A DNA stretch of 64,000 nt from an uncultured Spartobacteria bacterium (lineage in GTDB: Bacteria > Verrucomicrobiota > Verrucomicrobiia > Chthoniobacterales > Terrimicrobiaceae). The DNA lies in assembly GCA_937888355.1 (NCBI GenBank), contig CALAPX010000027.1:5026-69025 (forward strand). The letters run 5' to 3'. Position 1 is the stretch's first letter. Each line of letters starts with the position of its first letter. A program made the translations under genes and the position numbers. Of this stretch, positions 1 through 9,089 are shown in pieces. The notes beneath the pieces are model-generated. The model saw nothing but the letters and a program-made list of their open reading frames with translations. It was not told where the DNA came from and did no database searches.

Positions 1-639
1 AAACAGCAGTGAGCGCCTCTGCCACATCGCGTAGAACACGCAAGCGGAGGTCATGAACAAAACGGAGTTGATGCCGCTGCACGCCTCCTCGACCAGCAAC
101 CGCTGGCCTGGAATTTCAATAATCAGTCCAGTCAGAAAATGAGGGATTCCAAGAATACCCAACACGCGACTACTCCCGGTGGTGGCCCACTCCTGAAGCA
201 AGAGAGCAAAACGCGCATCAAACTTCAATGGAGGCGGCAGTATAGTGAGAAGTAGCAGCCAGGCCGGAAAAACTGCTTTCCACAGCGGCCAACCTCCTAG
301 CCACCAGGCCCCCGTTGCAAGCGACAGAAAAAACGCCGCTGCTCCCAGCCAAGGCGACCACATCGCCGCCGCAGTTGCCAACATCGTCAGAAACAACAGA
401 GACAACGGAAACGTCAACCAACCGGAACCATAGCCCAGCGGTCGCTCAACCTCATTGAGGCTACGCCAGAAAAGCAAACCCGCGCCCGCCAGCGCCATTG
501 GGAAAAACTGGTAGGTGTCGAACTTCCAAAGATTGAAAAAAAATGCGGCTAAAAGCGGACCGAACCCGATAGTGAGGAAAACCCCGGCGATCACAGGAGT
601 CAGTGGGTTGCCTGAATGCTTATGGTGTGAAGAACCCAT
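1..639 (-). CDS. Exosortase family protein (EpsH/Xrt-like), N-terminal 213 codons; the C-terminus runs off the 5' edge of the window
   Basis: Absent from the ORF track because it has no in-window stop. A reverse-strand ATG at 639-637 opens a frame that stays open to base 1 (639 nt = 213 codons). My translation is MGSSHHKHSGNPLTPVIAGVFLTIGF...IEIPGQRLLVEEACSGINSVLFMTSACVFYAMWQRRSLLF. It is polytopic and carries the exosortase catalytic-Cys motif (V-x-x-A-C-S-G-I-x-S). Confidence 0.8.
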   Translation of the reverse strand, partial: MGSSHHKHSGNPLTPVIAGVFLTIGFGPLLAAFFFNLWKFDTYQFFPMALAGAGLLFWRSLNEVERPLGYGSGWLTFPLSLLFLTMLATAAAMWSPWLGAAAFFLSLATGAWWLGGWPLWKAVFPAWLLLLTILPPPLKFDARFALLLQEWATTGSSRVLGILGIPHFLTGLIIEIPGQRLLVEEACSGINSVLFMTSACVFYAMWQRRSLLF

Positions 640-683
640 GTGTTGTGTAGACGAATTACCCGGTCTGTGTGGTTTTCCGATGG

Positions 684-2501
684 TTAATTTATGCCCTTTT
701 CCGCGGGAGGCATTTGTAGAGGGGAATTCTGAGGAAAATACCTCCTGATCAACTCCACCTCTTGACGGGACATCGCAAATGGTGGCACAAGCGCTATGAC
801 ACTGTTTGCCTCGCTCGCGCGTCCGTTTGCGGCAAGAGTCAATGCCACCACCAACTTCTGATGGGGCGGCAGGTTTGCAACATGCACATCGGGTTCACAG
901 GCATCCAGGCAAGCCAACGCCTCCTGGGGTCGTCCCGCAAGCAACAGCATCAAACCCTGAGTGGACCGAAGAGCGAAATCCCTTGGGTTCCCTTCAGAAC
1001 GAAGCGCTACAACCGCCGCATCCACCGGACGACCAAGCACCAACGAAAGATAATCCATATCATTTTGAAGCGACAGATCGGAGGCCAATGAAGGGGAAAC
1101 TTCCTTGGCAATCTGGTAAGCCTTGATCAGGTGGGCGGAATCCTGACGCACGCTGAAAGAGGGCAACAGAGCGCGGAAGGACTCTGTGGCCGTTGCCTCC
1201 TCAGACAACAATTTGGAAAACCCTTGTTCAAATAATGCATCCTCCCCAGCGACATTCAAATACGCCAGAGCCTGGCGAAACTCCTCCGGATTCTTCATTG
1301 CTGTGCGGTAAGCTTCTTGAAGTTCCAGCATTCCTTCTTTATCCCGACCCATCGCTTTGAGGGTGCGCCCTCTGTAGAGATTCAGAAAATGCAGAGGCAA
1401 AGGAACCTCAGGCTGGGAAAGGGCATCGAGCACAGCAGGCCAATTTTGCGCCACCGACTGGGCATCAATCCAAGACATCAGCAACTCCCGCCTCTGGAGT
1501 GCCTCATCGCGCCCGATCAAGCCGACTCCCTTCGCTGGTTCGCCAAACCGCACCAACCACTGAAGTCCAGCAACCCTCTCATCCAATGGTCGTCCTTGAA
1601 GGCGAGCAACCACGGAAGCCACGATTTTATCCTTAGCAGTGGGAGCAAATTGCATTTCAGCAGCATCTGCCACCAAAAGAAAATTTGGGGTCGTCCCTGG
1701 ATGGTTCCTCAATCCGGCGATCCAATGAGCGAATTCCTCAAGGGGTACCAATCCCCGAGTAAGCCCGTTGGCAAGAGCCTCGGCGCCAGTAACGTCTTTT
1801 CGCTTGGACAACTCCTTTAACAAGCCCCGCAATTCGGAGGCGGAATCGGCAGTCATGGGGCGTTGCAATAAAAAACGCGCAAGAACCGCCTTTGCATTTC
1901 CACTCTTGTCAGCCTCTACCGCCGCACGTAACTCGCCCTCCATTGCCACGGGATTGTTTTTCCTCCCCTCAAGTTCCGCACGGAGCATGTGGCGCAATAC
2001 CGAGTTTCCACCACGCGCCGCCGCATCCGCCAAACGCTCAGCCAACGCCCACTCGCCGGCACTGGCGGCGGATTGTGCATAGATTGATAAATCCTCAACA
2101 GTCATTCCTCCGGCCCCGGCCAAGCGCCCCCATGTTCCGAGAGCCACAGCGTTCTCACCAGACACCACTTGCAGCTTGGCCAGCAGTCGCAAGGCATGAG
2201 CATTTGCTGGCTGGAGACGAAGCGCCGTCTCAAGGGCCATCCGCGCTTCGCTGGGCTTGCGATCCTTCAAGTATGAAGCCGCCATCTCGGTGAGGGACGC
2301 GCTCTGGTGCGCCTTGAACTTCCGGTAAACCCAAAGTGCACCAAAAGAAGAACTGGCCACCAACAGCAACAGCACCAAAATAATCAAAAGACGGCGCCGC
2401 TTCATAAATTGGCTAATGGCAACGCTTCTGCGCGCTCCTCGGCGTGTCGGTTGTCCAAGCATATTGGTTTGGGATTGGCTAAGTCCGCTACTTGAGACCA
2501 T
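684..2501 (-). CDS. Membrane-anchored TPR-like repeat protein, co-oriented upstream of the exosortase gene
   Basis: ORF track 684..2504 (first codon TTG, ATG at 2501). An alternative ATG at 2405 gives MKRRRLLIILVLLLLV, a signal-anchor. The rest is an Ala/Leu-rich helical repeat region typical of TPR-like proteins. No catalytic motif recognised. Confidence 0.6.
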   Translation of the reverse strand: MVSSSGLSQSQTNMLGQPTRRGARRSVAISQFMKRRRLLIILVLLLLVASSSFGALWVYRKFKAHQSASLTEMAASYLKDRKPSEARMALETALRLQPANAHALRLLAKLQVVSGENAVALGTWGRLAGAGGMTVEDLSIYAQSAASAGEWALAERLADAAARGGNSVLRHMLRAELEGRKNNPVAMEGELRAAVEADKSGNAKAVLARFLLQRPMTADSASELRGLLKELSKRKDVTGAEALANGLTRGLVPLEEFAHWIAGLRNHPGTTPNFLLVADAAEMQFAPTAKDKIVASVVARLQGRPLDERVAGLQWLVRFGEPAKGVGLIGRDEALQRRELLMSWIDAQSVAQNWPAVLDALSQPEVPLPLHFLNLYRGRTLKAMGRDKEGMLELQEAYRTAMKNPEEFRQALAYLNVAGEDALFEQGFSKLLSEEATATESFRALLPSFSVRQDSAHLIKAYQIAKEVSPSLASDLSLQNDMDYLSLVLGRPVDAAVVALRSEGNPRDFALRSTQGLMLLLAGRPQEALACLDACEPDVHVANLPPHQKLVVALTLAANGRASEANSVIALVPPFAMSRQEVELIRRYFPQNSPLQMPPAEKGIN

Positions 2502-2597
2502 CAACCGGCAACAATCAACCTCTGCATGTGATCACTGCTCCTCGGCTTACCCGGATGCTCCTTGCAAAAATCCCTGGGCCAAAGTAAGCGGATACTG

Positions 2598-3284
2598 ATG
2601 TTGGGATTCTTTCTGCGCTCACCCATGGCCGCCCATGTCCTGCCCTTTTCAGTTTTCATCGCGGGGCTCATGCTTATTTCAGCGATTCAGACGATCCCTA
2701 CTGAATCGCTCTGGGTTAAAAATCCCGAATACTGGATCTATCCCCTGCAGACCTTCCTCTGTGGTGCGCTGTTGTTTTTTTACCGTCGCCAATATGCCAT
2801 TGGAAATCCTCGAGGCATGGGACTCGCCATCCTAGCCGGCATCATGGTGCTTGGCATCTGGATCGCCCCACAGTCTCTCGGCTTTGCGGAACCCCGTCTT
2901 GCTGGATTCGATCCCAATGTATTCAGCTCGTCCCCTACCCTCTATTGGTTCACAATAGTCGCTCGATTTCTCCGTCTTGTGGTGGTTGTTCCTTTGGTCG
3001 AGGAGATATTTTGGAGGGGATTTCTAATGCGTGTGATCATTCGTGAGGATTTCACCAATGTGGCATTCGGCACATTCCAATGGGGCTCCTTTCTAGTAGT
3101 GGCAGTGTGTTTCATGCTGGTGCATGACACGGCCGACTGGCCGGCGGCATTCCTCTGCGGAATTGCCTACAACACCCTCGCTGTGCGCACCAAGAACCTC
3201 ACCGCCTGCATCATTGCGCACGCACTCACCAACCTTGGGCTGGGCCTTTACATTATAGCGACGAAACAGTGGGGGTTCTGGTAA
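2598..3284 (+). CDS. CPBP (CAAX-protease-related) intramembrane metalloprotease family protein
   Basis: ORF 2562..3284 starts with TTG; the first ATG is at 2598. Polytopic. Contains the CPBP motifs EEIFWRGFL (EExxxR) and downstream His motifs (FMLVHD, IIAHALTNLG). Divergent from the exosortase operon, as in the PEP-CTERM-associated CAAX-protease-related family. Confidence 0.8.
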   Translation: MLGFFLRSPMAAHVLPFSVFIAGLMLISAIQTIPTESLWVKNPEYWIYPLQTFLCGALLFFYRRQYAIGNPRGMGLAILAGIMVLGIWIAPQSLGFAEPRLAGFDPNVFSSSPTLYWFTIVARFLRLVVVVPLVEEIFWRGFLMRVIIREDFTNVAFGTFQWGSFLVVAVCFMLVHDTADWPAAFLCGIAYNTLAVRTKNLTACIIAHALTNLGLGLYIIATKQWGFW

Positions 3285-3341
3285 ACGGATGCCGTGCGGG
3301 CTGTTCAATTCGTGATTTCGCGTTAATCTTGAAAAAGTCGC

Positions 3342-4964
3342 ATGCAAGTCGGACTCGCACAAATCAACTCCACCGTGGGCGATCTCAAAGGCAACGCCCG
3401 CCGCATCATCGATGCCTGCCAACGCCTTGAGAATGCCGGGGCGGATGTTATTCTCACCCCGGAACTCACCCTCACCGGCTATCCGCCGCAAGACCTCCTC
3501 TTCCAATCTGATTTCGTTCCACTGAGCCTGTTGGCGCTGGAAGAAATCCATATGGCCGTTGGCTCAGCAACATGGATCGTCGGTTGCGTCACTTCTAATC
3601 CTGCGGCCGGTGGAAGTCCTTTTTTCAACTCTGCTGCAATTCTTGAAGCTGGACACCCCCGGCGGCATGTCAACAAGACGCTCCTGCCAACCTACGATGT
3701 TTTTAACGAGACCCGCTACTTCGAACCCGGAGAGGCCCCGCAACCTGTGGACATCCGCGGCCAGATTGTTGGAATCACAATTTGTGAGGACATATGGACT
3801 CCAGACTACCTGGCAAGGCCCCACTACTCCACAGACCCTGTTGCTTCACTTGTTGCCTCCGGTGCAGAGGCGATACTCAACCTCAGCGCCTCTCCTTTCC
3901 AACTCGGAAAACCCGCCCGCCGCGAGGCGATGATTCGCGCCCAAGCCATTAAATTCGGCGTCCCATTCCATTATTGCAACGCAGTTGGCGGAAACGACCA
4001 ACTCGTCTTCGATGGAAATTCCCTCTCGATCGCTGCGGATGGAACCCTAGCGGCCCGTCTGCCGGCCTTCAAGGAGGCCTCGGCCGTCGCTTCTTCAGCA
4101 GGCATTGCCCCGATAATTCCGGACATCGAGAGCCTCCGACTCGCCCTCGTGCTGGGTCTTCGCGACTACTCTGCGAAATGCGGTTTCCATTCTGCGGTAC
4201 TCGGCCTCAGCGGCGGCATCGATAGCGCTGTGGTTGCCTGTCTAGCCGTCGAGGCGCTTGGAGCAGACAAAGTCACCGGTGTCGCCATGCCCTCGCCCTA
4301 CTCATCCTCCCATAGCGTGGAGGATGCCCTCGCCCTTGCGCAAAACCTCGGCATTGACTGCTTGAACATCCCAATCTCGGCCAGCTTCGAAACATTCAAG
4401 GCACAAATGCGCCCAACCTTCGGCGACCGCCCAGAGGATGCCACAGAGGAAAATATGCAAGCCCGCTTGAGAGGCCTCACCCTTATGTCCCTCTCAAACA
4501 AATTTGGGTATCTCCTCCTCACCACTGGCAACAAAAGTGAACTGGCCGTCGGGTACTGCACCCTCTATGGCGACATGTGCGGAGGTCTCGCAGTCATCTC
4601 AGATGTTCCAAAAACCCTCGTCTACCAACTCGCCCGCCACATGAACTCGGCCAGCGCATGCATTCCAGTCCGGACAATCGATAAAGCCCCGAGTGCGGAA
4701 CTCAAGCCTGGTCAACTTGATCAAGACTCCCTCCCCCCTTACGATGTGCTCGATGACATCCTCCGCCTTTATGTTGAGGAAAACCACAGCGTGCGCGCCA
4801 TTGCAGCCAAGGGTTTTGACCCAGAAACTGTGCGCTGGGTCGCCCGCCGCGTGGACCTGAACGAGTACAAGCGCGAACAAGCCGCTCCGGGACTCAAGGT
4901 GACCAGCCGCGCTTTCGGCATGGGCCGGCGCATGCCGATCGCCCAGCGTTTTATGGAATCCTAA
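3342..4964 (+). CDS. nadE: Glutamine-dependent NAD+ synthetase
   Basis: 540 aa. The N-terminal CN-hydrolase domain begins MQVGLAQINSTVGDLKGN...PELTLTGYPPQDLL. The C-terminal NAD synthase domain has the PP-loop LGLSGGIDSAV. Confidence 0.95.
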   Translation: MQVGLAQINSTVGDLKGNARRIIDACQRLENAGADVILTPELTLTGYPPQDLLFQSDFVPLSLLALEEIHMAVGSATWIVGCVTSNPAAGGSPFFNSAAILEAGHPRRHVNKTLLPTYDVFNETRYFEPGEAPQPVDIRGQIVGITICEDIWTPDYLARPHYSTDPVASLVASGAEAILNLSASPFQLGKPARREAMIRAQAIKFGVPFHYCNAVGGNDQLVFDGNSLSIAADGTLAARLPAFKEASAVASSAGIAPIIPDIESLRLALVLGLRDYSAKCGFHSAVLGLSGGIDSAVVACLAVEALGADKVTGVAMPSPYSSSHSVEDALALAQNLGIDCLNIPISASFETFKAQMRPTFGDRPEDATEENMQARLRGLTLMSLSNKFGYLLLTTGNKSELAVGYCTLYGDMCGGLAVISDVPKTLVYQLARHMNSASACIPVRTIDKAPSAELKPGQLDQDSLPPYDVLDDILRLYVEENHSVRAIAAKGFDPETVRWVARRVDLNEYKREQAAPGLKVTSRAFGMGRRMPIAQRFMES

Positions 4965-4967
4965 CCC

Positions 4968-5174
4968 TTACCCATTGGGTTTCCATAAGGCGGCATTCAC
5001 ACAAGACCACAAGTGAATCACCCAGCCTATCAAGAAAATCCAAGCAATCCCGGCACCAATAAAGAAGATCATCGCCGCCAGAATACGCCCCTGCACCAAC
5101 TGGCCCAACCCCGGACACAGAAAACTGCATAATGCCGCAATCACATTTCCAGCCGAACCTTGTCCATCGCTCAT
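4968..5174 (-). CDS. Small membrane protein (about 68 aa, two predicted TM helices)
   Basis: ORF 4968..5225 (TTG); internal ATG at 5174 gives MSDGQGSAGNVIAALCSFLCPGLGQLVQGRILAAMIFFIGAGIAWIFLIGWVIHLW. The PGLGQ-type motif is seen in small TM2-like membrane proteins. Convergent with nadE. Confidence 0.5.
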   Translation of the reverse strand: MSDGQGSAGNVIAALCSFLCPGLGQLVQGRILAAMIFFIGAGIAWIFLIGWVIHLWSCVNAALWKPNG

Positions 5175-5322
5175 GGGACCGAATATTTCGTCTCTCACGA
5201 CTCCATTCAAGTGAATCCGGCACAATGGCGCATTGCAATCGAGCTTTGGATTTGTCTAATTCGCATAATTCCATGATGCAGCCGCATAGCAGCACTCCAC
5301 GCCAACGCGTTCCTTCGGGCTT

Positions 5323-6177
5323 ATGATCGGTGTCATCGCCCACTCGGAAAAGCCTGCCGCCGCCACCGTTCTCCGTGAACTCTTGGGCAAATTCCGTGGC
5401 GATGACATCCCGCATGTCCTCGAGCGCCACACGGCGGCACTCATCGGAGAATCTTCCACACTCGATGAGGCGGACGTTGCCGGAGCATGCGACTTGCTCG
5501 TTGTCATGGGCGGGGATGGCACGATCCTCCGGGTGGCGCAGAAACTTCCTGACCGCATTCCCCCTGTATTCGGCATCAACATTGGCACACTTGGCTTCCT
5601 CACATGCCTCGGATCGAATGAAATCCCCCGGGCGGTTGAGAGCATCGTTGCGAAGGACTACAGGATCAGCCATCGTTCACTTATCGAAGCGGTGCTTCGC
5701 AAGGACTCTGGTGAAACAGAGACGCTTTTTGCCTTGAACGACGTGGTAGTGAGTCGGGGCGAGCGCTCACAATTGGTGCAAATCCGGGTCGCAATCGATG
5801 GCATCCCTCTCACTAATTACAACGCCGATGGCCTTGTCGTGGCTACCCCAACCGGGTCGACAGCCTACTCGCTCTCGGCCGGAGGGCCGATTCTCATGCC
5901 GGACTCGGGAAGTTTCGTCATCACCCCGATCTGCCCCCATGTTCTGACCAACCGTTCCGTGGTGATTAGTGACCAATCCGTGGTCGAGGTGGGCGTGGCA
6001 AAAGAGGGCCAGACCGTGTTTGTCTCGGCGGATTCCCAACGCTGGAGCGCCATGACACTTGGAGACTCGCTCAGCTTGAAAAAAAGTTCCAGGTCGCTTC
6101 CCCTCGCCATGCTTCCGGAACGCCCATTCAGTGAGGTGCTCCGCCAAAAACTCAAGTGGAGCGGCACCAACATATGA
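5323..6177 (+). CDS. nadK: NAD kinase
   Basis: 284 aa with the GGDGT motif (VVMGGDGTIL), NIGTLGFL and ADGLVVATPTGSTAYSLSAGGPI, all classic NadK/PpnK signatures. Confidence 0.95.
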   Translation: MIGVIAHSEKPAAATVLRELLGKFRGDDIPHVLERHTAALIGESSTLDEADVAGACDLLVVMGGDGTILRVAQKLPDRIPPVFGINIGTLGFLTCLGSNEIPRAVESIVAKDYRISHRSLIEAVLRKDSGETETLFALNDVVVSRGERSQLVQIRVAIDGIPLTNYNADGLVVATPTGSTAYSLSAGGPILMPDSGSFVITPICPHVLTNRSVVISDQSVVEVGVAKEGQTVFVSADSQRWSAMTLGDSLSLKKSSRSLPLAMLPERPFSEVLRQKLKWSGTNI

Positions 6178-6644
6178 TCTCTATCCCGACAGTTCTTAAA
6201 AGTTCCCATATAGACCTCTCCCTCTCCGCATCTGATCCTGGATCTGCGGTGAAAAGTCTACTCGAACTCCTGCGCGGAGATCTGCGCGTGATGAAATGGG
6301 ATGAATTTAGTCAAGCTGTGATGGTACGCGATGCCTCTCCGATCACTGCCCACGGGTGCGGGATTCTGATCGCCCACGGCCGCACCAACTCGGTGGGCTC
6401 ACTAGTCATGGCTGCGGGCGTCAGCCCGGCAGGCATCCCGTTCCCGTCGATCTCAACTGATGCTAACCCCATCCACCTCGTGTTTGTCGCTGGCATTCCA
6501 GCGGCGTTCAGCAACGACTACCTACGGGTCGTCGGCACCATCGCCCGCCTCTGCAGCAAAGAGGCGCTCTTGGCCTCACTCCGCAAAGCGGATTCTCCCG
6601 CCACATTTCTTTCCCTCCTGTCCCAGGAAGAGGATCGTCTCTAG
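6174..6644 (+). CDS. PTS EIIA type-2 (PtsN/EIIA-Ntr-like) domain protein
   Basis: ORF 6156..6644 (GTG). The ATG at 6174 overlaps the nadK TGA (ATGA). The sequence ...ITAHGCGILIAHGRTNSV...IHLVFVAGIP...LRVVGTIARL matches the EIIA-2 fold with a conserved phospho-His region. Confidence 0.6.
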   Translation: MISIPTVLKSSHIDLSLSASDPGSAVKSLLELLRGDLRVMKWDEFSQAVMVRDASPITAHGCGILIAHGRTNSVGSLVMAAGVSPAGIPFPSISTDANPIHLVFVAGIPAAFSNDYLRVVGTIARLCSKEALLASLRKADSPATFLSLLSQEEDRL

Positions 6645-6702
6645 CCATCCTGAACTGGCTTTTCCCTGCTTGCGCTAATCCGGAAGAGGAATACGTTGAT
6701 AC

Positions 6703-7128
6703 GTGATGGCGAACGGTCGCTCTCTGGAACCGCAAGGCTTCGGGGAGAGGAAAGTCCGGACACCACAAGGCAGCATGCCGCGTAGAACGCGCGGGAGGGG
6801 GCGGCGAAAGCCGACTCCGACGGATAGTGTCACAGAGAATAGACCGCCAACTCCAGCGCAAGCTGGACGGTAAGGGTGAAAAGGCGGGGTAAGAGCCCAC
6901 CGCCCCGGACGCAAGTCCGGGGGCACGAAAAACCCCATGCGGTGCAAGACAGAACAGGAAGGCAAGGGTCGCCTGCCCGATCCGGCGCGAAAGCGCGGGA
7001 ACCTTCCGGGTATTGGTCGCAGCTCGCAAGAGCTGTCCGCTCCGCAAGGGGCGGGCAAGACAAATGACCGTTCAGACCGGTCGGCGCAAGTCGATCGGTT
7101 GGACAGAATCCGGCTTATAGCCGTCATA
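6703..7128 (+). ncRNA. rnpB: RNase P RNA, bacterial type A
   Basis: Universal blocks are present: GAGGAAAGTCCGGAC (6748-), ACAGAGAA, GGTAAGGGTGAAA, GGGGTAAGAGCCCACC and ACAGAATCCGGCTTATAG (7103-). P1 pairs 6704-6710 tgatggc with 7120-7126 gccgtca. P2 pairs 6711-6718 gaacggtc with 7066-7073 gaccgttc. The ends are approximate to a few nt. Confidence 0.93.
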
Positions 7129-7132
7129 AAGC

Positions 7133-7172
7133 GGGGGTGCCTCTGACTCAGGGGCACCCCCGGCCATTTTTT
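7133..7172 (+). terminator. Intrinsic terminator downstream of rnpB
   Basis: A perfect 9-bp GC-rich stem (gggggtgcc 7133-7141 / ggcaccccc 7153-7161) with an 11-nt loop, followed by a T6 run at 7167-7172. Confidence 0.7.
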
Positions 7173-7283
7173 CGATTTACTGCCCCCGTCTCCTCTTTGT
7201 AGCAAGAAAACTCACCGTAAGGCTTTTCACGCAGGGGAACATCGTCCAGTATCATCACTCCCACCCTAACTTTTTTAAAATCT

Positions 7284-8411
7284 ATGCCCGTTGTATCCAA
7301 AGGTCTCGAAGGAATAATCGCAAACTCCACTAAATTAAGTGATGTGCTCGGACAGGAGGGCATTCTTATTTATGGGGGATACAACATCAATGAGCTTGCG
7401 GGAAAGGTGACCTACGAGGAGATCGTTCATCTCCTTTGGCATGGAAAACTTCCCAACAGCTCAGAACTTGATGCCTTGACCAGCCGGCTTCGAGATGCCA
7501 GGGCCCTTCCAGAACCTGTGGTTGAATTTCTGCGGCACGCTCCCAAGGCGGCTGCCCCCATGGATGTGATCCGCACAGCCGTCTCGATGCTCGGTCTTTA
7601 TGATGCTGACCCACACGATCTAAGTGCCGAAGCGAACTACAATCGTGCCGTGGCAATCACCGCGCAGATCGGTGTCATTGCCGCCTACTTTCACCGCTCA
7701 CGGCAGGGCCTCGAACTGCCGCCAGTCCGCACTGACCTCTCAGAGGCCGCCCATTTTCTTTACCTTATCAATGGCGAAGAACCCTCGGCTGAGGCTGCGC
7801 GCACGCTGGATGTCGCCTATGTCCTTCACGCGGATCACGGAATGAATGCCTCGACTTTTTCCGCCCGAGTCACGATCGCTACCCTCTCAGACATGTATTC
7901 TGCGATCACCTCAGCCATCGGCACCCTTAAAGGCCCACTCCACGGAGGCGCGAATGAGGGCGTTATTCACATGCTCCAAGAGATCGGCGCCGAGGACAAA
8001 GTAGACGCCTGGGTTGAGGAGCAACTTGCCCAAAAGAAAAAAATCATGGGTATCGGCCACCGCGTTTACAAGGTTCTCGATCCTCGCGCCCCTCACCTGC
8101 GTGAAATGGCTATCATCCTCAGCAATAAGCTGGGTGAACCGAAATGGATCCGCATGAGCGAGCGTATCGCGGCCATCATGAAAGAACGCAAGGGGCTGAA
8201 TGCAAATGTCGATTTCTACTCGGCGACGGTCTACTACTCGATGGGCATCCCCACCGACCTCTTTACACCGGTCTTTGCAATCGCCCGCTGCTCGGGGTGG
8301 ACTGGCCATGTGCTCGAGCAACTTGCCGACAACCGCCTCTACCGACCACTCAGCGAGTACATCGGGCCAGCTGTTGGTAAAAAATTCGTTCCGCTCGCCG
8401 AGCGTTCATGA
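7284..8411 (+). CDS. gltA: Citrate synthase
   Basis: 375 aa. Motifs GPLHGGANE and MGIGHRVYKVLDPRA, with a C-terminal region typical of the short (about 370 aa) citrate synthases. Confidence 0.95.
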   Translation: MPVVSKGLEGIIANSTKLSDVLGQEGILIYGGYNINELAGKVTYEEIVHLLWHGKLPNSSELDALTSRLRDARALPEPVVEFLRHAPKAAAPMDVIRTAVSMLGLYDADPHDLSAEANYNRAVAITAQIGVIAAYFHRSRQGLELPPVRTDLSEAAHFLYLINGEEPSAEAARTLDVAYVLHADHGMNASTFSARVTIATLSDMYSAITSAIGTLKGPLHGGANEGVIHMLQEIGAEDKVDAWVEEQLAQKKKIMGIGHRVYKVLDPRAPHLREMAIILSNKLGEPKWIRMSERIAAIMKERKGLNANVDFYSATVYYSMGIPTDLFTPVFAIARCSGWTGHVLEQLADNRLYRPLSEYIGPAVGKKFVPLAERS

Positions 8412-9079
8412 CTCCACGCCTTCAGGCCCGCTCAATCACCCGCTCATTTCGGATCGGAGGCTCCCGCATTGAAGTCCTTAGAGGCATCGATTTGGACATC
8501 CAATCCGGTGAGACTGTCTTTCTTTGCGGCGCAAGCGGGGCCGGGAAGACCACATTGCTTTACACCCTCGCCGGTCTTGAAACCCCGGAGTCGGGGGAGG
8601 TGCTGTTCGAGGGAAAATCCCTTTACTCCCTCTCAGGAAACGCTCTTGCCCGATTGCGCAACCTGCGCATGGGGTTTATCTTTCAATCCTACTTCCTCCT
8701 CCCCGAACTCACTGCACTGGAAAATATTCTTGTGCCCGCCATGATCCGCGGAAGTGATGCCCGAAATCGCGCCATCGAACTCCTTTCCCATGTCGGCCTT
8801 GCCGACCGTTCCGGGCACCTCCCGGCGGAACTTAGCGGTGGCGAACAGCAACGCGTGGCAATTGCCCGCTCCCTCATCAACGATCCCGCCATCCTGTTTG
8901 CCGACGAACCCACCGGAAACCTCGACTCAAAAAACGGCGCTGTCATTATGACCCTCCTCCTTGACCTTACCCGCAAAGACGGACGCAGCCTTGTGGTTGT
9001 AACCCACGATGACCAACTTGCCTGCAGCGGCGACAGGCTCGTGCGAATCGAAGACGGGTGTATCGCCTCAGGCCATTAA
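8408..9079 (+). CDS. ABC transporter ATP-binding protein (LolD/MacB/FtsE-like), no cognate permease adjacent
   Basis: Walker A GASGAGKTT, signature LSGGEQQRVAIAR, Walker B ILFADEPTGNLD, H-loop VVVTHD. The start ATG overlaps the gltA stop (ATGA at 8408-8411). Confidence 0.9.
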   Translation: MTPRLQARSITRSFRIGGSRIEVLRGIDLDIQSGETVFLCGASGAGKTTLLYTLAGLETPESGEVLFEGKSLYSLSGNALARLRNLRMGFIFQSYFLLPELTALENILVPAMIRGSDARNRAIELLSHVGLADRSGHLPAELSGGEQQRVAIARSLINDPAILFADEPTGNLDSKNGAVIMTLLLDLTRKDGRSLVVVTHDDQLACSGDRLVRIEDGCIASGH

Positions 9080-9089
9080 GCGCATCCAC

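Noticed and set aside
3342-6177. nadE and nadK (plus the distant cinA/pncC) as a dedicated NAD operon.
   Set aside because: nadE and nadK are separated by a convergent small gene and are not co-transcribed. The proximity of two common housekeeping genes is not remarkable.
6508-7205. Two minus-strand ORFs (179 and 176 aa) and several plus-strand ORFs across 6500-7200.
   Set aside because: The region is the RNase P RNA gene, with all universal sequence blocks and the P1/P2 pairings present. The ORFs are Arg/Pro/Gly-rich artefacts of structured GC-rich RNA.
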